Source: Bdellovibrionales bacterium (GTDB taxonomy: Bacteria; Bdellovibrionota; Bdellovibrionia; Bdellovibrionales; UBA1609). From it: 32,000 nt of DNA. A program made the position numbers and the translations under genes. Positions 26,201-32,000 of this stretch are shown in pieces. The notes beneath the pieces were generated by a model that searched no databases, had not been told where the DNA came from, and saw nothing but the letters and a program-made list of their open reading frames with translations. Where the stretch lies: assembly GCA_965247685.1 (NCBI GenBank), contig OZ252021.1, forward strand, positions 1,248,447 through 1,280,446, written 5' to 3'. Every line of letters starts with the position of its first letter. Position 1 is the first letter of the stretch.

Positions 26201-26365
26201 GATTTTTTACAAATACTAGAGTTTCAAATGGGATTAGATTTTGAATTACTACTATATTTTCAAACTCCTATAAGATTGAAGCTCTTGATTGGAGGAAGTT
26301 ATCCTATAAGTACTCATTTTTCACCGCAACCTTACGCACAAATTAATTTACAATCAAAATTCTAA
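23297..26365 (+). CDS. Large secreted protein: N-terminal HExxH metallopeptidase-like region, central repeat/propeller-like region, C-terminal beta-barrel-like region ending in Phe
   Basis: Signal peptide MFRTTILVKILLALVCFSQVSFA. HELNH lies at 23672-23686, followed 35 aa later by TEGDAV. The last ~400 aa show alternating aromatic/polar strands, and the terminal residues are ...NLQSKF. Confidence 0.7.
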   Translation: MFRTTILVKILLALVCFSQVSFATPPGDNDYYILKYPTYRLIFDKQYLPYIEDLNERIEYYIEKFQKIHIQPINRNFTIILSSPQEQVSNALATVFPFIQLQIFPSGVENLNPLASHLWFDFTFIHELNHLFQLNYTLFPKSLKIKQSIFEFLFPYPNFLLPTLFTEGDAVFKESLWGIGGRLYSGEARALVYSQIKHYKNKPRKLAKKLINNQVYPNTRQIKYFHGGYLFTALSQNFSHKKINEFFKRSGESFFSLSTFNHSLQKTFQMNVMDLIKFYIRTFATKAVQQQSDSTAPLFKSAICPEINRFENKILLLTTNLKSTPKLRIYNVRLKEWNTKTIDIPLGKVFYLEDRYYARSTQAVEPHRMAYSVFSNGLKPHPQIQSQFVQDIFKENILSIDTTNNIIDYKLLLNNKFYDNTHSNALFDSQKNIYYFKQNKNKRILYKNKKPVFAYFGHYGKLVDIRQDGSIYFIAPTTYGSSVYKYSNGQVTRSLSSDTVIQAKTINDQEIVICEVIHNGYVYKKTTIEEIKGQPAVYRYPFETIPYFQKSKTPLQPRRSPAPQKTYIPPKKSQISALVKDEYNELTPSDLDEILKDLSDSSHYRSLDSTEEETDFLLTAQTLKAKKYSALGNTRLSQWIPLIFNISSLWTQKGLYWYSQLIFKDDLSQNNLNLSVSSHSWINYQVSAEYFNRVYPLQWSLGYHFGFLNTNHPNSEDFLRRYPLIQHRVSWTGIYTLFQKGRWRSSISSEKSFKFNRMHTTHHLIVDLLSKNKTQSLALAIPIDGTLDHFSFGWKPTWHLTYNQVYSLNTFANKRLILHLSPHYMNYFSSEKGLIHVFNTEIHLDSILHLGYEFYINPSVKYLAAWIHDTILFNENLFPIWKDFKDTGLMIQIPHIGTKSNIQYPLEISGKRLLSLGMNFLKSIHTPIYSTTMPLSLRRVIPSINFEYWIIDRPKARQKNLVAQLSQVDFLQILEFQMGLDFELLLYFQTPIRLKLLIGGSYPISTHFSPQPYAQINLQSKF

Positions 26366-26623
26366 AAATGTAAAACTTTCTTGAAGCAGTCATAAAAAAC
26401 GATTGTAGCTCTGCTCATCATGCTTGTATAAGTACACTACTGATCACTCAGGCTCATTTAATCCTACAGCCAGTACAGTTTTTGGACACACCGCTGATCA
26501 AGAGAGTTCTTTGGTATTGCTATAAATAATAACGGAGTATTTTCAGAGTCTCAATGCCAAGTTCGCAATCATAAACAGTTAGGATGGATTCTGAGCTTAT
26601 CAAACTACTTGCCTTCATAAAGA

Positions 26624-27502
26624 TTAGTTAGTCTTTTGTCCATCTGATCTTGTGAGGGATAACTCTTTTTCTAAAAAAGATGGAGAGGCAAAAGATCCTA
26701 TATGAATACTCGTATTATAATATTGAAACTTTATTGAAGAGTCTTTCACTCTTTGCTCTTTTAGGTCAACTATAGGATGGTACTTCTTTGAAGCAAACAA
26801 AAATGACCATAAACCCCCAGGATAAGAAAAGTTTCCATAATGATATAAATCCACAATTGGAAAAAGAGGACGAGTAATAGAAAATAATTTTTTCTGACTT
26901 TCCAGTAAATAAAATGGAGACTCAGCCTGAGAAACCACAATACCGTCATCATTTAAAACATTGTAAACTCCTTTGTAAAACTCCTCTCCAAACAAAGGAA
27001 CTGCGGGGCCAATAGGATCCGAAGAATCTACAATCACTACATCATATCTTTCTTTGGTGTTTAAAACATATTGAACACCGTCTTCGATTTTGACCTGAAC
27101 CTTAGGATGAAAGTACGAAGATGCTGTCTGAGGAATATACTCTTTGCAAGACTCCACGACTAAAGCATCAATCTCTACAACTTTACAAACTTCTACAGAA
27201 GGATGCTTCACCACTTCCCGAGCTGTACCTCCATCCCCTCCCCCAATCACTAATATTTTTTTAGGATTCGGATGCACAAAAAGAGGAACGTGTGAAATCA
27301 TCTCATGGTACACAAATTCGTCTCTTTCTGTCACCATAATCACACCATCATTGAGTAACACTTTTCCAAAGTAAGAACTGTTCACCACCTCCACTGTTTG
27401 ATAAGGACTTTTTTTAGAATATAAAACCTCGCAATCAAAATGTAGTTCCACTCCGGAAGCATAAACCTCTTTTCTTGTTGTGTTTTTTTCAGATTGGTTC
27501 AT
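26624..27502 (-). CDS. speE: Spermidine synthase (aminopropyltransferase)
   Basis: SPYQTVEV...GKVLLNDGVIMVTERDEFVYHEM, VIGGGDGGTAREV and VDSSDPIGPA motifs. Confidence 0.92.
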   Translation of the reverse strand: MNQSEKNTTRKEVYASGVELHFDCEVLYSKKSPYQTVEVVNSSYFGKVLLNDGVIMVTERDEFVYHEMISHVPLFVHPNPKKILVIGGGDGGTAREVVKHPSVEVCKVVEIDALVVESCKEYIPQTASSYFHPKVQVKIEDGVQYVLNTKERYDVVIVDSSDPIGPAVPLFGEEFYKGVYNVLNDDGIVVSQAESPFYLLESQKKLFSITRPLFPIVDLYHYGNFSYPGGLWSFLFASKKYHPIVDLKEQRVKDSSIKFQYYNTSIHIGSFASPSFLEKELSLTRSDGQKTN

Positions 27503-27529
27503 GTGGATTCTCCTATTTTTGAAAATAAA

Positions 27530-28459
27530 TTAAAATAAATACGGAAGCTGTGGTTGCTCTTTTACAGTTTGAAAAGTCGTAAAATCAACATCAAATCCAC
27601 AACTTAAAGATTTTTTATAAGTATAATTTCTTAAGAAACCTTCCATGGAAGTAACAGATTTTAAAGCAGTATGAGTAGGAGCAAAGGTAATCACATCCAG
27701 CCTTGAGGGACGAAATAAAAGAACTATTTTATTTAATACGGAAGAAAAACTTTCTTTCATATTGGTTTCAAAGCTGACATAAAAGCCCACCTCTTGTGGA
27801 GTCACATGAATGGTGTAATACTCCTCCCCTCTCAATGCATTTAAGGAGTATCCTTTAGGTTTAAAAACATGATCTTGTATGGTAAAACTAGGAAAACATT
27901 CTTTTAAATTCAACTGCTCTTGAATAGTTTTTGCAGATGCTCCTTTAGAAAAAAGCTCAAAAACCGATCCTTGAAGATCGTACATGAGTATTTCAATAGT
28001 GTTGTCTGTAGAAGCAGGCGAATAGTGTTTATCTAAATGGAAGAGAAAAAAATGATGAGCATCTAAAGGTCCAAATCGGTAAGCAGGCCCTGCGATTTTT
28101 TTTCTCAACTTTTGAACATCATGCTCAAAATTTGTTTTTTGATTCAAAGGAAATAATTCGTTTTTTCTTTGAAAAAATAAAGCTTGAATATTTTTGATAT
28201 TAATCTTTTTAAGAAGATATAAAGCAGCAGATTTTAAGGTCGTCTGCCCACAAGTAATAAGGGCCAACCGATCATTCCACACAAATAAACTCGACTCCGA
28301 CAAAAGAAAAGTCTGCACTTGATCATTTGAAAAATGATGGAGGATGCGAGCTTGAGCCTTTTTGATTAATTTTTCCCAAAAAGAAAAAGGATACTCTCTT
28401 AATTTGCAATGAGGTGAAACTATAATTTCAACTTTTTTTTCAGAACCTTCAAAGAACAT
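27530..28459 (-). CDS. speD: S-adenosylmethionine decarboxylase proenzyme, eukaryote-like class 2 architecture
   Basis: It aligns by eye along its whole length with human AMD1: FFEGSEKKVE vs FFEGTEKLLE; LLSESSLFV...ITCGQTT vs VLSESSMFV...KTCGTTL; FFQRKNE vs FYSRKNF; TIEILM vs TLEILM; KGYSLN vs CGYSMN; YYTIHVTPQEVGFYVSFETN vs [20 protein letters not shown]. I moved the start to ATG 28459 (GGGGGA lies upstream); the track start at 28477 is a TTG. Confidence 0.85.
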   Translation of the reverse strand: MFFEGSEKKVEIIVSPHCKLREYPFSFWEKLIKKAQARILHHFSNDQVQTFLLSESSLFVWNDRLALITCGQTTLKSAALYLLKKINIKNIQALFFQRKNELFPLNQKTNFEHDVQKLRKKIAGPAYRFGPLDAHHFFLFHLDKHYSPASTDNTIEILMYDLQGSVFELFSKGASAKTIQEQLNLKECFPSFTIQDHVFKPKGYSLNALRGEEYYTIHVTPQEVGFYVSFETNMKESFSSVLNKIVLLFRPSRLDVITFAPTHTALKSVTSMEGFLRNYTYKKSLSCGFDVDFTTFQTVKEQPQLPYLF

Positions 28460-28481
28460 AAAAATTCCCCCGAACAAACCA

Positions 28482-29936
28482 CTATTCTAATCTGTAGTTT
28501 GGTGCTTCACGTGTCACAGTGACATCATGAATATGAGATTCTTTTAAAGATTGGGAGCTGACCCGAAGAAAGTTATGTTTTGTTTTTAGTTGCTGAATGT
28601 TTTCTGCTCCTATATAACCCATCCCAGCTCTTAGCCCTCCAATTAATTGATCAATAATTTGTTGAGTTGTTCCAGAGTAGGGCACTCGCCCTTCAATTCC
28701 TTCTGGGACTAATTTTTCTGCTTGTGATATATCTATTTGACCGTATCGATCTTTAGAGCCTTTTTTCATAGATTCCACCGATCCCATGCCTCGATATGTT
28801 TTATAAGTCCGCCCTCTATAGATTAATCTTTCGCCTGGGCTTTCCTCAGCACCCGCTAGCAAATTCCCTATCATAACAGAACAAGATCCTAAGGCTATAG
28901 CCTTAACCACATCTCCTGAAAACTTAATACCGCCATCTGCAATAATTTCTACTTTATGTTTTTGAGCTTCCTTCACACAGTTCATAATGGCTGTTGCTTG
29001 AGGCACTCCGACACCAGAAATCACTCGTGTCGTACAAATACTTCCCGGTCCCATACCCACCTTGACAATATCCGCACCGGCTTGAATTACAGCTTTGGTT
29101 CCTTCTGCAGTCGCCACATTGCCTGCAATAATTAAAAGTTGAGGAAATTTTTTTCTCACATGCTGAATTTGTTGAAGCACATTTTTAGAATGAGCATGAG
29201 CCGTATCAACACAAATAATATCCACGCCGGCTTGAACTAAAGTATCCATTCGATGGTCTACTGTCGCACCAATAGCAGCACCCACAACGAGCCTCCCATG
29301 AGCGTCTTTGGTCGCAAAAGGAAATGAAGACGCTTTCTTGATATCTTTAATCGTAATAAGACCTTTAATCTCTCCTTCAGAGTTAACGACTGGTAATTTT
29401 TCAATTTTATATTTTTGTAAAATTTGTCGAGCTTGACTAAAATCAATACCGACAGGTGCTGTGATTAATTGATCTTTTGGAGTCATCACAGAAGATATAG
29501 GTTCTTGAAGTCTTGTTTCAAAGCGAAGGTCTCTATGAGTGAGTATCCCTTCTATTTTTTTTCCCACGATCACAGGTAAACCGCCGATCTCGTTTTCCTT
29601 CATGATATTTTGAGCTTCCTCAATAGAACAATCTGGAGAAACGGTTAAAGGGTTTTGAATAATCCCACTTTCAAACTTTTTAACTTTTTCTACTTCTGAA
29701 GCTTGAGAAGAGATACTCATATTCTTATGAATAATCCCTAAGCCTCCAAGTTGTGCCATCACTCGAGCCATTTTATGCTCTGTAACTGTATCCATTGCTG
29801 AAGAAATAATAGGAATTTTTAATTTGAGTTTTTTATGCAGCACCGATTCTGTTTGCACTTGAGAAGGAGTCACTTCCGAATATTGAGGTAAAAGAAGAAA
29901 ATCATCAAAGGTAACACCCTGTGGAAATGTTTCCAT
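28482..29936 (-). CDS. guaB: IMP dehydrogenase (with tandem CBS subdomain)
   Basis: The catalytic loop [11 protein letters not shown], plus IIADGGI, GLGIIH and a CBS pair region. Confidence 0.95.
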   Translation of the reverse strand: METFPQGVTFDDFLLLPQYSEVTPSQVQTESVLHKKLKLKIPIISSAMDTVTEHKMARVMAQLGGLGIIHKNMSISSQASEVEKVKKFESGIIQNPLTVSPDCSIEEAQNIMKENEIGGLPVIVGKKIEGILTHRDLRFETRLQEPISSVMTPKDQLITAPVGIDFSQARQILQKYKIEKLPVVNSEGEIKGLITIKDIKKASSFPFATKDAHGRLVVGAAIGATVDHRMDTLVQAGVDIICVDTAHAHSKNVLQQIQHVRKKFPQLLIIAGNVATAEGTKAVIQAGADIVKVGMGPGSICTTRVISGVGVPQATAIMNCVKEAQKHKVEIIADGGIKFSGDVVKAIALGSCSVMIGNLLAGAEESPGERLIYRGRTYKTYRGMGSVESMKKGSKDRYGQIDISQAEKLVPEGIEGRVPYSGTTQQIIDQLIGGLRAGMGYIGAENIQQLKTKHNFLRVSSQSLKESHIHDVTVTREAPNYRLE

Positions 29937-29942
29937 AAAAAC

Positions 29943-30410
29943 CTAGTTGAGATAAAGAGAAGAACTTCTCTTGATATTTTTAACTTGTTTACCTACACGA
30001 AGCTCTTTCATGCTTTCTATAAACTCTGCCGTACAATAAAAACGACAATTATGATAAATGCAAAAAGAAAGACATTCACTTGCTTTAAGATTCAGTGAAA
30101 TACTTTTTAAACCTTTAATTTGTAATTTAACAAATTGCTCTCCTTTGGAGTTTTTTACAAAATAACAATTTTTAGGTTTAGCATCTACAGCACTTAAAAG
30201 AGTGTTCAAAAAAGAAAAAGTCTCTTCTTCCCTTAAACCTTGTTGAATGGCGACCTGACTTTGTAGTTGGGAAAGCCATACTGCAAATCTTCTTTCTCCT
30301 TTTTTCTCTTTGAACACAATTAAGGAGGACTCTGGAGCCATTCCTCCAACAAGCCCGTAGGGAATAACTTCGATCCATTTTTGTGGTGTAGGTGGTACTG
30401 TAAAATTCAT
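29943..30410 (-). CDS. Divergent bifunctional-nuclease (BFN/DUF151) family protein
   Basis: The pattern SLIVFKEKKGERRFAVWLSQLQSQVAIQQGL ... NLKASECLSFCIYHNCRFYCTAEFIESM mirrors the BFN layout (LLL.E..g.R.LPIwIG..EA.AI ... dARPSDAIalAlr...Pi.v.eev). It is translationally coupled (ATGA) to miaB. Confidence 0.5.
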   Translation of the reverse strand: MNFTVPPTPQKWIEVIPYGLVGGMAPESSLIVFKEKKGERRFAVWLSQLQSQVAIQQGLREEETFSFLNTLLSAVDAKPKNCYFVKNSKGEQFVKLQIKGLKSISLNLKASECLSFCIYHNCRFYCTAEFIESMKELRVGKQVKNIKRSSSLYLN

Positions 30411-31753
30411 GCCATTCTTCCATATAAAGTTTGCGGAAACACTTTTTCAACCAGTACAGGGACTTCTTTTCCGATCCAATGAGAGTCACCTGAAAAGTAA
30501 AGCAACTTATTCTGGCTCGAGCGCCCCGATAACAAGTTGCTTTTGTCATCTCTTTTTTCAACTAAAACGTCAAGTGTTTTTCCCTTATACTTTTCCACTC
30601 TTTGAAAAGCGAGTGCTGTATATTTTTCATTCAGTTCTTTTAACCGTAAAGATTTTTCACTTTCTGTGACAGGATTAGGATCTAAAGCAGCTTTTGTAAA
30701 AGGACGGGGAGAATAACAAAAAGAAAAAATATTTTCATACGGAACTTCCTCAATAAGAGTGAGAGTATCTTGAAATTGTTCTCGAGTTTCTCCAGGAAAA
30801 CCCACAATGATATCTGTAGATAAAACAGCGTCTGGAATTTTTTTAAAGATCATGTCTATTTTTTTCATATAGTCTTCTCGAGTATATCCTCGATTCATTC
30901 TCCTTAATACTTCGTTATTTCCGGACTGTACAGGAAGATGAATAGCTTCCATGATCTTGTCTCGGTGTTCAGCCATCACTTCAATCAGCTCTTCATTAAA
31001 GTCTTTAGGGTGAGAAGTGGTGTATCGAATGCGAGAGATCGGAGTTTCTTGTGCTATTCTTTTTAAAAGCTGTGCAAAGTTCGCCTTTCCACAAGGAGAA
31101 CGATAAGAGTTTACATTCTGACCGAGTAGTGTCAGTTCCCTTACTCCTCTTTCATAAAGTTTTTTCGCATCATCTAAAATATGTTCAACAGGTCGGCTTC
31201 TTTCTCTTCCCCGAGTGTAAGGAACAATACAAAAAGTACAAAAATTGTTGCACCCTTTTGTAATGTTTACAAAAGCTGTGACAGAAGGATTCCTAATAAG
31301 AGTTTGCACATGATAGGGATCTTTATTTTTAAGACGAGTATTTTGAAAAGGAGTTTTTGTTGTTTGTAGTTTTTGCACAATGTCTGGTAAATCATCAATA
31401 GAATCGGGGCCAAAAATAAAATCTAATAAAGGAAGTCTTCTTAAAAGACGAGCTCTTTCTTGTTGAGCCACGCAGCCGGCTACACCAATTTTAAGATTAG
31501 GGTTTTTCTTTTTTAAGTGTTTGTATCGCCCAACTTCAGAGACTACCTTATGCACAGGCTTTTCTCTGACACTGCAAGAGTTGATGATGATAAGCTCAGC
31601 CTGATCTGGAGAAGAAACTGGAGCAAAATTCATCATCTCTAATAAACTCATCATTCTTTCTGTATCATTCACATTCATCTGGCATCCATAAGTCGAGATA
31701 TAAACACCTTTAAAATCAGAGTGGATCTGTTGAGAACGAAAAGTTTCCGGCAT
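30407..31753 (-). CDS. miaB: tRNA-i6A37 methylthiotransferase (radical SAM)
   Basis: An N-terminal UPF0004 Cys triad context (YGCQMN, NSCSVRE, AGCVAQ), the radical-SAM motif CNNFCTFCIVP and a C-terminal TRAM domain. AAGGAG lies upstream. Confidence 0.93.
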   Translation of the reverse strand: MPETFRSQQIHSDFKGVYISTYGCQMNVNDTERMMSLLEMMNFAPVSSPDQAELIIINSCSVREKPVHKVVSEVGRYKHLKKKNPNLKIGVAGCVAQQERARLLRRLPLLDFIFGPDSIDDLPDIVQKLQTTKTPFQNTRLKNKDPYHVQTLIRNPSVTAFVNITKGCNNFCTFCIVPYTRGRERSRPVEHILDDAKKLYERGVRELTLLGQNVNSYRSPCGKANFAQLLKRIAQETPISRIRYTTSHPKDFNEELIEVMAEHRDKIMEAIHLPVQSGNNEVLRRMNRGYTREDYMKKIDMIFKKIPDAVLSTDIIVGFPGETREQFQDTLTLIEEVPYENIFSFCYSPRPFTKAALDPNPVTESEKSLRLKELNEKYTALAFQRVEKYKGKTLDVLVEKRDDKSNLLSGRSSQNKLLYFSGDSHWIGKEVPVLVEKVFPQTLYGRMA

Positions 31754-31766
31754 GATAATCTCCTTT

Positions 31767-32000
31767 TTAGCCCTCAGATGAAAATTCGCTATAGGTTGGA
31801 AGCTTCATTTCAGAAAGAGCTACAAAAAAATCTTGCTCATTAGAGAAATCTCGAATCATATAATCCAAAACAATAGTTGAATGTTTTTCTGCGAGTTCTT
31901 TGATTTGAGTTTTAAGTTGATCTTTAGAAAGAAGCTGTTGTTTTTCTTTGATTAAATCCCAAAGCATCATGTAATGATAACGACAATAGCCTGCTGTGGT
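31767..32000 (-). CDS. C-terminal part of an unidentified protein (the ORF stays open to the right window edge)
   Basis: There is no stop between 31970 and 32000 in frame (..TTAGYCRYHYMMLWDLIKEK..). It ends 13 nt upstream of miaB on the same strand. No motif was recognised. Confidence 0.4.
   Translation of the reverse strand, partial: TTAGYCRYHYMMLWDLIKEKQQLLSKDQLKTQIKELAEKHSTIVLDYMIRDFSNEQDFFVALSEMKLPTYSEFSSEG

Noticed and set aside
26519-26620. 32-codon minus-strand ORF (MKASSLISSESILTVYDCELGIETLKILRYYL) immediately after the speE stop
   Set aside because: It has no SD and no recognisable features. It is too short to support from sequence alone.
30178-30561. 127-aa minus ORF bridging the BFN gene and the end of miaB
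   Set aside because: It is out of frame with both better-supported genes, which are joined by an ATGA coupling at 30407-30410.
1-32000. Alternative genetic code, prophage, integrative element or defence island across the window
   Set aside because: All conserved genes read full length with standard stops. For example, ileS ends in a TGA that overlaps the lspA ATG. I recognised no integrase, transposase, phage structural, restriction-modification, toxin-antitoxin or cas-like sequences. Gene content is overwhelmingly core housekeeping.

Overview
AT-rich, densely coding chromosomal segment that reads cleanly with the standard bacterial code. It looks Gram-negative: it encodes LspA and SmpB, plus a large secreted protein whose tail ends in Phe like an outer-membrane barrel. 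Gene content is reminiscent of Bdellovibrio-like or Oligoflexia-type lineages, but the taxon cannot be fixed from sequence alone.

Most of the window is ordinary housekeeping:
- the 3' part of a PBP transpeptidase gene and an Nfu/NifU gene
- rsmA, rluB, smpB, ileS-lspA
- a rearranged rpsP-KH-rimM-trmD / rnhB-yraN / rplS ribosomal cluster
- fur with an upstream Fur box
- two transporters (NSS and DAACS)
- a long minus-strand operon, miaB-BFN-guaB-speD-speE

I saw no integrase, transposase, CRISPR array, toxin-antitoxin pair or known defence gene, and I cannot point to a clear multi-gene novel system.

The less ordinary material lies at about 1.8-7.0 kb, around a tRNA-Ser(GGA) gene:
- a 739-aa Q/E/K coiled-coil protein
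- a secreted protein with a caspase/CHAT-like His...Cys arrangement plus helical repeats
- a perfect-period 206-bp tandem duplication seeded on the tRNA 3' end and carrying stacked hairpins
- a membrane-protein gene that seems to need a -1 shift at an A7 tract

Other points worth a second look:
- a eukaryote-type (class 2) AdoMetDC proenzyme next to speE
- a 1022-aa HExxH plus barrel-like secreted protein
- an NSS transporter that can only start at ATT
- two candidate leaderless genes with TATAAT exactly 6 nt before the ATG
- an ORF-free 258-bp gap between convergent genes

Every functional call comes from motif recognition by eye. No database search was run.
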